Source of the DNA: Bispira polyomma
Lineage: Eukaryota
Assembly: GCA_965649765.1 (NCBI GenBank)
Contig: OZ287751.1
Coordinates: forward strand, 40,610,001 to 40,674,000
Length of the DNA stretch: 64,000 nucleotides
Direction of reading: 5' to 3'
A program made the position numbers and the translations under genes. The notes below the pieces were generated by a model. It did no database searches, had not been told where the DNA came from, and worked only from the letters and a program-made list of their open reading frames with translations. Below are positions 12,559 through 26,100 of the stretch, in pieces (within the stretch, counting starts at the first letter, position 1; each line of letters begins with the position of its first letter).

Positions 12559-13750
12559 CTATAAAATACAGACCAGCTTGTGATTGTACACCATCTATGA
12601 AATATACACCAGCTTGTGATTGTACACCATCTATAAAATACAGACCAGCTTGTAATTGTACACCATCTATAAAATACAGACCAACTTGTGATTGTACACC
12701 ATCTATAAAATACAGACCAGCTTGTGATTGTACACCACCTATAAAATACAGACCAGTTTGTGATTGTACACCACCTATAAAATATACACCAGCTTGTGAT
12801 TGTACACCACCTATAAAATATAGACATGCTTGTTTTTCTACACCACCTATAAAATCTAGACCAGTTTGTGATTGTACACTACCTATAAAATACGGACCAG
12901 CTTGTGATTGTACACCACGTATAAAATATAGACTCGTTTGTGATTGTACACCACCTATAAAGTATAGACCAGTTTGTAATTGTACACCATCTATAAATAC
13001 AGACCAGCTTGTGATTGTACACCACCTATAAAATACAGACCAGTTTGTGATTGTACACCACCTATAAAATATACACCAGCTTGTGATTGTACACCACCTA
13101 TAAAATATAGACATGCTTGTTTTTCTACACCACGTATAAAATATAGACCAGTTTGTGATTGTACACCACCTATAAAATACAGACCAGCTTGTGATTGTAC
13201 ACCACGTATAAAACATAGACCAGTTTGTGATTCTACACCACCTATAAAGTATAGACCAGTTTGTAATTGTACACCATCTATAAATACAGACCAGCTTGTG
13301 ATTGTACACCATCTATAAAATATAGACCCGTTTGTGATTGTACACCATCTATAAAATATAGACTAGTTTGTGATTGTTCACCATCTATAAATACAGACCA
13401 GCTTATGATTGTACACCATCTATAAAATATAGACCAGTTTGTGATAGTACACCACCTATAAAATATAGACTAGTTTGTGATTGTACACCATCTATAAAAT
13501 ATAGACCAGTTTGTGATTGTACACCATCTATAAAATATAGACCAGTTTGTGATTGTACACCACCTATAAAATATAGACCGGTTTGTGATTCTACATCACC
13601 TATAAAATATAGACCAGTTTGTGATTCTACACCACCTATAAAATATAGACCGGTTTGTGATTCTACACCACCAATAAAATATAGACCAGCCTGTGATTTT
13701 ACACCACCTATAAAATAAAGACCAATTTGTGATTCTATATCTCCTAAAAA
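12537..13750. repeat. Tandem array, 36-bp unit, ~33 copies (splice acceptor plus exon 2 5' end)
   Basis: Unit cttgtgattgtacaccacctataaaatacagaccag, period 36, with three 35-nt units near 12995, 13280 and 13388. The variant acatgcttgtttttcta at ~12824 and ~13111 shows an 8-unit block duplication. Confidence 0.97.
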
Positions 13751-16700
13751 CACAGAAGACTTGAATTCCCATACACTTTAGTTACAGAGTAGTTACCTCA
13801 CTCAATCTATCAAATAAATACCAGTATAATATCGAATGTTGGCAAAACTAGCCCACCTCAAATGTAACTAAAATGCAGACATTACATGTTCATGTCGAAA
13901 TATCAAATAATATCCATACTAAATATGTTTGGTTCTAACAAAAATAGATTTGGAGACTTAAAAACCCTTTTTCTACATTCTGTACCACAATGGCATACAT
14001 TGCATGTGTGATGATGTATCGTTCATCTCAAAAGTAAAACCTCAACCTCACATATATTATAACAGTTCAATTTTTTTTCATGCAGAATCCCTATTGGTAT
14101 TTGTATTTTAGATTTTTTTAACATGCTCTATTGATGCAAACTCTCTTCTAAAAGCACAGCAACAGAATCGGTTAACCAATAAAAAAGTCCAAAAACATAG
14201 TCAACATATACAAAAAAAACACATACAAAACATACAGCTTTTGATTATTTAGTTATTCCTCACCCTCTCTCTCCCTCCATTTATATCACATACATAACAT
14301 TATAAACTAACCCCAGTATTTATCGTTGAACCTACTTGACCACCTATCCATCCAACTAACTCTCCTAACCTTTTGAGCAGGTATAAAAATCCCCCATTAT
14401 TATTTCAAACAACAGTTTTAAAAGTTGTTAATGTGTTACATCTTTGCTGTGAGTGACTCATATGTTTTCAGACATGATGAATATTGACAATATTTTACTT
14501 TTTTGGGGGGGGGTCAGACAAACATCATATTCTTGTTTTGTAGTGAACCTTGCAGCATGTGACACATTCCCATCTTCTATTTCCTAAAGGTCATCACTTA
14601 TAGGTCTTCCGATCACCTGTTGTACACACACATTTCTTTCCACCAGACTTGAACTTTGTTCTTGCTCGTGTTTTCTGACGTAAACTGTACACCTGGATTT
14701 TATATATATATTGGTTATATATATAAATTTTAAAAGGTTAACACGTTTGACTGACATTCAGTCCGAATCTCAAAGAATAAAACCTCAAAAGTTTCAAAGT
14801 CTAAATTTATTACCTCAAGGAATATATTTTCTCGAAAATGTGTTCATACTTTAGCAGATTATACTTGGATTATGTAAAACGTCAAAGATGACAAAATTAC
14901 ACAGGCTTGTTTGAGCCTCTCGTTGATTTATTTTTGTTGTTCGACTAAGCAAAGGGTTTTTTCTCTAGGATGTGTAATTTAACAAAATATCAAACCATGT
15001 CAAGACGGGTTGCCACTGTAAATTTAACTTGCCCTTTTGCAGTAATGAATTGACAAAGGGTATGCAACAAAAAGGCCAGCATCACCTCAAAGGGTTCTTT
15101 GGTCTTAACATCAGGGGCTTGTATTTATTGAAAGTCTTAAACTTAAACTGATGCTTAAACACAAATAAAACATATAAAATAACCTAGGCATGTAACCATT
15201 CATTTTAATAGAACTTTCAGCCAGGAACTCCAATAACACATATAAAATAACCTAGACATGTTACCATTTATTTAATAGAGCTTTCAACCAAGAATTCAAA
15301 TTTGAAGGCAGATTTTTTACAAGTCCAGTGCCAGACTTAACCTACTTAACCAACATTAATGTTATTTAACATTTTACTTGTATACCTAAATCATAGTGGG
15401 GACCATTAATAGTTTTTCATGTTAAATATTTAACATTTATTTAAAAATGTGTTTATATTTGAAATTATTATAGTTTTTAAAGATATTTTAAGATAAAGTA
15501 ATATTTTAAGTTACTTTACTTTAAGTTTCAGTCTAAGTTAAAATTGGGAATTCTTAGTTGTCTGCACGTACAGGTGGAGTGTCTGATATTTATATATATA
15601 TATATCACCCTTAACCAAATGTCAAAGTTAAATTGATAGACTTGACCTATAGTCAATTCTGCAATAAAATGTTTTATGGCTTTTTGCCTATTGTCTGGTA
15701 CTGCAAGAGTTCATTGCTACCATTTACCTACATTTACTTTTGTCTTATTTTGCAAGTCATGATGATTGCTCCAGGTACTGGATGACATTTCCAACTTGTA
15801 ACTTACTACGCATGTATTCAGAATGAAAAGAGCACTCGGTAGATGACATACCTCCGCCCAAAGATGTCACAGTGACAAATCATCCAAAGATCCTACCTAA
15901 TTATGCCTAGGTGGAATATACAAGGTTCGGCCCCTGGAAAGGCTATGTTATTAAATCGAAGATAATAATCACAATTTTTATGTGTAAAAAAAGAAAGTCC
16001 AGCTGAAACACAAGGAAAAATAAAAAATACTTGTTGCTTGTTTAGGGTTTTGTCTTTTATGGGGGGGGGGGGGGGGGGGGGTCAGCTACGTCACTTTTAA
16101 TCACTCAGGTCATATTGCGATTGCCAGATTTAATGCTAAAAGAAACTGTAAAATTTGATGAACTTTTTTGGATCAGTTCAGGTTTGTATTTAAAACATTT
16201 GATCTGGGGTTGTTGTTTTTTTTTTTATGAAATAAACAATTAACTTTAATCCAGAAAAACTTGGTGGATTAAATTTGGATCATCAAGAATCTAATATTGC
16301 TGACAGGAGATGTTTGAGGGAAGAAGAAAAATACAAAAAAAAAAAACAGATCAAATATTTGATATTTTCTGATCAAGCCCCCAGGATATTTTCATTGTTT
16401 CCTGAAAAGCACAAACGTTATTAAGCCATAAGCTTCTAACCCTGTTACTTTTAGTATGTATTTATTTACAAGACATCGGTCAAAGGGAGTATATCATTCA
16501 ACTGATCCACCAAGTGACAAAGAGAAAGGACATTGAACGGAAGATAAGCATATGCATGTGCAAGTAGACGACATCAGTCAGACCTGATCAAACAGAGAAG
16601 AGCACCTTAAATGTGACAAATGAATGTATAATTATCACACATTTTTAACCTTATTATTTTTTGCACTGTCCTCTCCATTTCCAACAATGAACAAAATATT

Positions 16701-16894
16701 TTCTGGCATATCATGCAAGAAAAGACAGGTCTATTTGATTATAAAGAAAGATCTAAGCCCTTGTCTAACTCTATTGGCATGGGTATATATGTCCTTAAAA
16801 TAACTTCTAACAGATCTGTACTGTTCAAAGTAACTGTTTGAAGTGACTGATTACACCTACACCTCAATAGGAATATTCTATTTATCAGATGTCT

Positions 16895-16985
16895 GCCACT
16901 GTGGCCTAGTTGGTAACACTCTTACGAAACCCAGTCTGGGGCCACCAAGGTACAGGTAGAAGATACAGGTGGCTCAAATGAATAT
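16895..16985 (+). mobile_element. Short tRNA-derived SINE fragment; inverted relative at 29382-29480
   Basis: ccactgtggcctagttggtaacactc (A-box-like) ... ggtacaggtagaagatacaggtggctc. A reverse-complement relative lies at 29382-29480. Confidence 0.5.
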
Positions 16986-18589
16986 GAGTATGACAACCCC
17001 CTCAGTTTGATTGGGTCAATTACTTCAAACAAAATCCATGAAGGCGTTACTTAGATATTTCCAACATGGCCACGCCATTTTAAAAATAAAAAATAATATT
17101 ATGCTGTGACTGATAAAAATAAGAGAAAAACAACAGCAATAAGAGTATGATCCCCTATATTGTCATCTGTTTAGGCCACAATACTATTTTTAGTTTTCTG
17201 TTTTTAGATGTCAAGCGATATAAGAGGTTTAGCTGTGACTTAATTGGCGCCGCTGTAACATTTTTCAGCTGCAGTAGATCCTACTGACGAAATGCCATGG
17301 AGGTGTAAAAGTAAAGATTGCAGTAATAACTGTCCTCCCACTATAGATTGTACTGAGTGCCTAAACCTACCCTTCCATGTCACCGATCCCTACCTCGGTA
17401 GATTTGATATTGTATTGTATTTTACATTTTCCTTACGTCCTATTGATGTGAGGCATTTTCTAAAGTGCAACAACAGAATCAGTTGACCAATAGAGAAGTT
17501 CAAAAACAGAGCAAAGGACATAAGTAAAGATGCAGGGTGGTCCAGGGAGGGAACTAAAGGGGGGAAGTAAGTTTGAAGAGATAGGTTTTAAGCTCTTTCC
17601 TAAACCCAGAAATTGTAAAGAACCTTGCAGATGTTGATAAATGATCACCTATAAATCTCTGTATTCAGTTGACTGCTAGATGGCTGTATTTGTGCAGTTA
17701 AGACACAGTCTATTATCCACTTAAGTAGTGGTTCCATATTCAAGTTCGATCGGCAACATGGGCCCAATTTTAAGATCGTGGCAGTCGTGGCGAAAAAGGC
17801 GGAAAAATGAAAGTGTGGGGTGACCTTGCAGATCGAAGTGATTGCGTCCCGTTTTGACAGCAACGACAACATCAAACTTGAAGTCCGTACTAAAACTGAC
17901 CTAGCCTCCCGCCCTAGAATCAAATGTATTGCCAATAGGATTTGACGGATCCATAGCCTCAATCATCAGGATCAAACGTCTAAAAATCAAAGTCGGGACT
18001 GTTATGGTAAAATACCAGGAAAAATGGTATTATATTCTTTCCAACCGCCCCGCTCCGCCCTATCCCCCCCCCCCCCCAACCTAATTTTTTAACGAGCCAG
18101 TGTTAGAAGAGGCCTGGAGTGAGATAAGACCTATCAGACAGAACGTATTGACAATCCGATCAAACTTATTCACCAAAGCAGACCTTTCCATTTTTAGAGG
18201 TCAGGGAGGTGAATCGGTTTACTTTTAAAAATATCAAACCTGTTCGATCCCGACCACAGCGACCACCCCATTTTCACCCTTGGACCTCCAGACCTCAAAA
18301 TTGGCAAGGTCGGGGACCAAATCGGCAAAGTGGGACCAACATTTAAGAGAGAAGCTATGTTGCGTGTACAAATACATCATGTCTTGGATGGCCACTAAAA
18401 AATATCCACCAGTGGCAAGCTAAAGTAACCTTAGGATATTGATAAATATTGTCATTCTTAAGACTTGCTCTTCAGTGTTGTATGCTACATGACTATACCT
18501 GTGCAGGTAAAAATATGGTCCAGTCAAAATATGGTTTGACCCACCACAAATTGCAACAGTGAATGGTAAATTAGCACTTTGAGTCCTAG

Positions 18590-19498
18590 GGAGATCACAT
18601 TTATCCAGTAAAACTCTGAAAGCTGTTTCAGGAAATCTTGATAAGTAAATCAAAATTGAAACTCAACCCTGACAAAACTCTACTCTAAACATCAGAGGAA
18701 AAAGTCCTTGACTTATTTCCTACTACTCTACTTGGTAACAGCACTGTTCCTGCTGACAGGGCGAAGAACCTAGGAGTCACTTTCAACTCTGACTTCTTAA
18801 AAAGACATTTCTCATGCATCTGTCGTTCTTGCTACTGCAACATCTGAGACTTTAGTAGGAGTCGTCGGCATCTAACTCTAGAAAATGCCATTGTAGTGGC
18901 AAATGCCCTGGTATCAAGTCGAATAGATTACTGCAACGCACTACTATATGGAATTAGACAGGGCCAAATAAACAAGCTACAGAAAATTTAAATATCTATA
19001 CAGAATTGTATGCCATGCTGGTCCTCGCACTCACACAACACCTCTGCTTAAACAATTAAACTGGCTACCTATTGAGTTCCGTGATAAATTTAAGGTAATT
19101 GTCCTCATTTTTAAAACCTGTACAACAACCTGCCTACTTATCATCTATGCTGTCTCCCAGCAATCTCATCAGAGGTGGTCGGTTCTCCACCTCCGATTTT
19201 CTACCCAAAATATTGTCTGGTTCACAATAATTTTTAGTTACAGCACCTGCTGAGTGGAATAGTCTACCTACTAGTCTTCAAACTGAAAAAAGCATCACAG
19301 GCTTCAGAAAAAAGCTCAAAACACATCTGTATCAGCTCACTTTCCTGTCTTAGCATTCATCTGCTGGTCACGACTGAACTCTGATCACAAACCTTTTTCC
19401 ATCTAGCGGACTATCCTCCTGCACACTGATTAGGATATGCGCAACAGAGGATGCCTGGTCATCGATTGTGGCGCTATAGAAGTAAAAACATTTACATT
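18590..19498 (+). mobile_element. L2-like LINE 3' fragment (decayed RT C-terminus and 3' tail)
   Basis: Broken frames give LKLNPDKT, NLGVTFNSD, ANALVSSRIDYCNALLYG, LKQLNWLPIEFR, WNSLP and GFRKKLKTHLY. Tail gcgctatagaagt...catttacatt. Confidence 0.85.
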
Positions 19499-22040
19499 AA
19501 TCTAAATAGATGTTGAGCGAATGCAACCCTATGATTTGGTGATTTTATTTCTCAAATGAAGGCTGACAATCCCTATCATATAGTTTTATTATAAATTACC
19601 AAGTGGGTGCATATGATAAAACTTCTGGTAAGTAAAGAAACTAATTTCCATTGTTATATCCCGCAATAATGCACACATCCCTCACTAAATTACATGTAAA
19701 TTTGGGGTCAGTAGTTTTTATGTAATCCTGGTGACAAACAAACTGACTGACACAGGCAAGAATATACATATTTTGGGCAGAGTCAATAAAAATAATTATA
19801 ATAAGTTATTAATCACAATAATGAGTTGGTACTAATATAAATGAGAATTGTCATTTTGAAAAAGACATTGTCGCACAGTGTGACTGAACACAGCCCCTCA
19901 GTTTGGCCTAAATAGTAATTTTAAAAAAGCGTAAAATAATGGATGCTCTTTCTGCACTAGTGGGGCCGGGATCCAGGTCCCACTAGTACATCAGATAATT
20001 TCTTCATATCATGCTGAAGGGAATTGTATTAATCTGGAAGTCTCTGACCGCCTCCAGGTTCAAATATTATAAAATACTTTGGGTGTCTTTATTGGTAGAG
20101 GATGGAGCGCAGTCATTGAACTAAAATAAATCACACTGTGCTGTTTTAAATGTCTTATGTAGGAGAGGTTGTTGCTACCTACAGGTTGATTCTATATTTA
20201 GTCTTTCTTCTGTAGATTTGAATCTTTTGTCATAGCAGACAAAATATGACACCTAATTACTGGGTGTTATGGCAGAGAAGTGGAGCAAAAAATAATATTG
20301 TCATCCTATTCTCTCACTTGCTTGGCTTTGTACAATCTGAGTAACCGATAAAAAAAAGCAACATGCAATTTAGAGTTGTCAGCTATGACATACTCGTCTT
20401 TTAGTTCGACTGAAACCAAGGTAGAGACAGTGAAGTTAATAAGAAATGATTTTGTTTTTTTCCTCTAACACTGTATTATTTTATACAAGTAAAGCAAATA
20501 GAATAAAAAAAATCTGCCCTTATGCAAAAGATTCATTACAAAATGTTATGATCCTTCCTTGTGGTCCATGCCTCATCCCTTCACCAAACTTCATTTAAAT
20601 CGCTTCAGTAGTTTGTTTTGTGCAAGCCTGACAGACAAACAAACAGAGTGACAAGGGTGACAACATAACCTCCTTGGCGAGGCAATCACAATACTCAGTA
20701 TGTGAATAGGGAAACAAAACAATAAAAAATATATCATTACAAAAACTAGTGGTTTTAACACCAAAAAATAGTGTAACGGTCAAGGTCAAGGTTTTGTTCC
20801 CTATATGTTACTAGTAACAGTTAGCTATACATTACACATATATTTACTTGACTAAATTTGCTATTATGTCTTATTATATCCGCTTCAAATTGATGACTAA
20901 CTTATTAACCCCTCACTAGAAGGTCGCATTATAAAGTGGAGCAGTGTCAGCAGGAAGCATTTATCAGCATGATTTTAATCTAAACATAAGGTACCGTATT
21001 TATCAAAAGTCTTATAAACTCATGCTTAGACTCGAATACCATATACATGTATAGAGATTTCCTTATGAATGGACATAACCTAGACACGTGACCATTTATT
21101 TTAGTAGAGCTTTTGGCAATGAACTCAGATAGGTGGCCAGATTTTAGATATCTTTATTATACACAAAGACACACCAGAGCTTATTTTGAGGATAAGTTTG
21201 AAACTATGGATAAAATTCAGACCCAAGGGATTCAGATTCCCTGCTGAGTTTAGTAGGGTGAGTTTAGTAAGCTAAGTTTATCTGATACAGTTTTGAACTA
21301 TAAGTCTTTGATTTGAAAGAGAATGCCTTCATTATTACTGTTCAACCTATACGGATCATATAAAGTTTTTTTATAGAATAGAAGGTGTCCTGTAACAGTA
21401 CAGGATTTCACAGATACAAAAAAAATGTTAGAGCGTCGACGAATGGGTTTTACTTGTCTGCAGGGCTAAAGGGATTCAATTAATGCAAGGTTTATCAGAG
21501 CTAAAAGGCTAAAAGTAAATCAATTGATAAAAAGGCGCCCATGGTATTTGAGGAAATTGAGTTTATGGACGGTGTGTGTGTTTTTCCAGGGGAGATCCAC
21601 TGTAGAAATGTGGGACACTGTATAAAATATATGGTTGCTTTAAGCTCTAAGATATATACACCTGTTAAGTGTGACACTTCACCCTACCATGTATCTTGTT
21701 ACAGTAATGTCACATGATATAATACTCAACTCACAGATTATATGCATTATTTACCGTTCAGAACATTTTTAGAGGGCACCATACCAATTTAGAATAGCCA
21801 GAGGTAAAGCAAAAACATCTTAAATTTGTTTTTAATTGTAAAGGCACTATATAAAATATGTGCCCTCAAATCGGGGGCCCTTATTTTTTGTCCCCTACTT
21901 TGATAATGGGGGGGGGGGGTGTTCTCCAGTGGAATAGAACAGGTCATGTGACTACTGAAATTAAATCTTAGGATTCTTTGCTGAGGCATGTAAGATACAC
22001 ATTCCTTATGTCATATGTGATGACATTATAATTTGGTATC

Positions 22041-22340
22041 TGTGGCTTAGTGATTGAAGTGTTTGGATCAGAGGATCAGGGGATCACAGCTGCTATTCTC
22101 ACTGCTGGCCTTGGGATTGTACCCTTGGACAAGGTACTTTACACAAAGTTGCCCCTCTCTACCCAGGTGTATAAATAGATATCTATTCAGTAACAGGTGT
22201 TAGTCTCTGCACCATTTGTTGCAGCATGACTAGTGTGTCTCCGTTGGGAGCTGAGAGTGGACAATTGGAAGAACCAACGCCGGGGGTGTAAACTGTAATG
22301 TTGAATGAGACCTCACAAGGGGTGATAGCATTCAATATCA
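22041..22340 (+). mobile_element. tRNA-derived SINE with central core
   Basis: A-box-like gtggcttagtga, followed by cccttggacaaggtactttac...ctctacccaggtgtataaat, a core typical of invertebrate SINEs. Confidence 0.6.
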
Positions 22341-22563
22341 TACATTTGAAACAATGAACATTTCTGATGCTATGTTATAGGATATTCAGTTGACGGCTCT
22401 TGTCACAATAATATATTTTTTTATTTTTTTTCTAATGCTAGGAATAACCCCAAAAGTGTTTACCATAAAGACAAATCGTCTTCTGTGGAACCTGTAACCT
22501 CTTTTGCGGTAAGATACATCTTCTAAAGATACTCCACTGACGTGTGTAAGATGTCCTCCTTAT

Positions 22564-23152
22564 GGCTTGGTCATACCTACACGTACTAATGTCCCACAAC
22601 GTAGCAAAACAATATAAACTAAAAAATGTGATAGTTTTGTGTCAAAGTGACGTCATTTTTAGAAAGGTAAGGTCGATTGTGACATTTCGTGACGATGTTG
22701 TTTGGTACTTTACATGCTGATCGAGGTAAAAATCAAACACTTTACTGGTAGGATATCACTACCTACTACTACTATGTAGAGCTACTGCACTGCTACTTAC
22801 GGCTGTGTAATGCTACTTAGTGAAGCGTTCCACAACGAATACAGACGAGTGGAGACGATATCACTACTTACTGCTACTTACTGTTATGTTATGCTACGTT
22901 ATACAGACGAGTGGAGACGTCCTCAGGAAACGGAGAGCTCTGCCATGATTATTTCAAATAGTTTGAAGTAATCGTGGCAGCGGACTAACTGGAGACGTTT
23001 CCGGAATGATATCATCCGTTAAGCAACGTCACGGAATGGACAAAGCAGGATCCTCACTTTTGTATTACCTTCTACTACGTTTATACTAGGTTTCAAAACA
23101 GTTCAAAACGTCACACACACGTAGCTCCAGCGCGTGTAGGTGTGGCCAGGCT
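22564..23152 (+). mobile_element. MITE (Harbinger-like TIRs), copy 1
   Basis: TIRs ggcttggtcatacctacacg / cgtgtaggtgtggccaggct. Internal sequence matches the reverse complement of 59830-60335. Confidence 0.8.
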
Positions 23153-26100
23153 TTTACCTTGGTGGTTTATTACCTGACACGTTGATAAAAGATCAATCAC
23201 ATTACATTGCTACTACTTTAACTGCTGTAGTTGTTGGTCATTAGCTGTCTAATTGGTTTGTACTTAAAGGTACCCCCATTATCATCCTGGTCGACCTACA
23301 CTAAAGAATCTGGCCTTGGTATTATCAATATTCAATGCTTTCATTTTATTCCAAATGGCTCATTTAGTCTCACCATTGAGTAGATTAAACCTGTCATATC
23401 TCCTTGTAAATTATTTTTAACTGAAAATTAGGTGGGAGAGAAAATGATTAATGGACAAAGATGAAATATGTTTGTACTTTCAAATGTTGGTTTACTACTA
23501 ATGTTCACTTTGCTTTAATGTTTATCTTAATAAAACTGTTGCAGTAGGATTGAGGAAATGTCTATGGTTTCAGCTTTAAAATATTTATTTGTTTGTTCTG
23601 CCTTACAATTTATCCTTAAGGTACTAAAGTAAATGTATACTTATCGATTAACATATTTAGATATAGATATTAATAATATCCAATATTATGAACATAATTA
23701 TTTAATATTTATTCATATTTAGACCATACAGAAATTAATACTATTATGCAATATATATTTATTTTGTTGTGCCTGATATTTTGTCCAAAAGTAGATTTTG
23801 TTGTACTCTGTCACTTAGTTTTTATTTGACTATTTACAACAACATCTGACCTACAGGAACATCAGGCATTAAAAATTATACATTTGGTATGGAAACTGTC
23901 AAAGATTGAAATTCCATAGAAATTCCAATTATGGAAACAGGTAGCTAATCAAATATTTGCAGAAGTGTAATTATAATTGCTATTAAACCTACCAAATGCC
24001 TCCATAAGTTGACATTTTCACTATTTTATATAACAGTTCACCAAAAAAAAAACAATTTTTACTTATTGGCCGAAAAGCTAATTTTAATGACTTTTTGAAA
24101 AAACTTTGGTCACTTTTTTCGAAGCTTTGAACATATTGTATTGGATAAATTTAATAAAGGACTTGTAAAATAGAATACTTGTTGGCTTATATATTATGGT
24201 CCCTGTTTGTTTTGTTTTTTTTGTTTGTTTTTTTTTTTTTGTTTTTTTTTTGTTTGTTTCAAATATACACTTATTATGTTCAAATAGGTCTGTTTAACAT
24301 ATCATTTATCTGTGTTTACTTGTCTTATTTAACATTACCATCATTGTTCGTACTAATATAATTGTTTATTATAAAAATAAATTATTACATATTATACATA
24401 CTAACCATATCATCTAACCTGTGGATATCTGCTTCTGTATATTTCAAGAGTAAACATTCAAGATGGCCGCCATATTATTGTAACATTCTAGTATGTGCAG
24501 TGCTTTCGTTATTCTGTTGTTCTTACTATTTGTGGAAAATAGTTGTCAACAGTTGTATCAACGAATCTCCATTATTAGCATACCTTATTAGAAAGCAAGT
24601 GCTTATTTTGTATAATAGAATGTTCATAAAATTATAAAGATAACTTTAGCATAGAAAATAAGGAAATACAGATTTGTACGGAGGAAGTAAAAAATGACTA
24701 CTTAATCCGACTACTACTATCTACTTCAATATTTAAATAACTAAAGAAGTGTAGATAAAAGAGGTTCTACTGTGCAAGCTCAATTCAGTATAGAGTTCAA
24801 GGTTTAATGCCAAAATTTGATAGGACCCCAGAAGCTTTATCTTATAACACAGCAAATTTTTCCCACTTTCCAGAGTTTATGTTTTACTTAAATAACAGCA
24901 TACATTGTGTACTTGAATAAAATAAAAATCACCCCAGTTTTATGCCAACTCCTCCTGAGCACTTTTAATGATACAAACTACACAGGACGAGAAGTCTATA
25001 TTGTTTTTCATTATCTGAGTAAAAAAGGGGCCCTTCATGTAAATGCTGTTATTGTTTTATTTTCCTTTTTTATGGCAGTCTGTCACAACTGTACTAAGTA
25101 GTACTCCAATGTCTTCATCTGCCCAATTAGTGATGTCTTCTTTGTGAAAGTCATCTCACGTTTAATTATTGCATCAAATACTGCTGTGTGTTTTATTAGC
25201 TTGGGATACATGGGAAGATTGATGGATATGATGGATGGAGCCTTTTCCATTTGTAGCACTTATGAAAAGGTACACATAATTAGTTTGTTCAGCCTAATAC
25301 TAGATGGCATAACCCTACAGAGTAAAAGCTTTGTTTTATCCCCCCTCTCCCCCAAAAAAAACAAAAACTGATATATATTTAATTATGCTATAATCTTTCA
25401 ATCTAATACAATTTTAAAATGCTTAATATGTTACAGACAAATACTGAGGTCCAATAAACATAAGTAACAAATGTAGCAGATATACAAATGATTAGGTATA
25501 GGCCACCTTAAGGTAGAGGTCACAGTAGCTTGATGGCTGCTGGTTGAACACTTCATAGATATTTATTATATTACATTGTGGATTTTTCAAAATGCCTTAT
25601 TGATGACAGCTATCTTCTAAAGCACAATGTCATAAGCGAGAAAACATTAACCATAATCACAATCCTGTCCAATTGGTCATCATCAGAAGGCGATGGTTTG
25701 TTCACCTCTTGTCCAAGGATGTGTTCCCTCCAATGACCAATGTGGTCTTTCCAGGAGTCAAACTGGCGACTTTCAGGTCACTTTTTATGATCGCCACTTA
25801 TAAAGACCACTTATGGAGAAAATTGACAGAATGTGAATATAATATGTCCAACTTTTACAAAGGTGAACTTGAGAGCTGCACAGAGACTAATTTGTAGGCA
25901 GGTTAACATCATTACACTAACCAACAAATAAGTAAAAGCATAATTGCATGCATTGGTAGAAACCCCCTTATTCATTTTCTAAGAAAATGTACAGAAGACA
26001 TGGGCATGGGAGCAAATGAGAACCAAAACATGGGAACATTAAAATGTCCAACACCCTGAAGTCTAAACAATGAATTGCAACAGTCCAGCCAGTTAGTTAG

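Noticed and set aside
12597-13718. Plus-strand ORFs with CDCTPPIKYRP repeats (metallothionein- or adhesive-like), and the minus-strand YRWCTITSW frame
   Set aside because: These are by-products of a 36-bp (3n) tandem array; there is no supporting gene structure on that strand or frame.
11067-13750. CRISPR-like appearance of the arrays
   Set aside because: Units are contiguous with no unique spacers, there are no cas genes, and the context is eukaryotic.
16060-16081. Poly-G/poly-C runs here and at ~18063, 32331, 36441 and 60767 as G-quadruplex elements
   Set aside because: Simple homopolymers of uncertain length with no supporting context.
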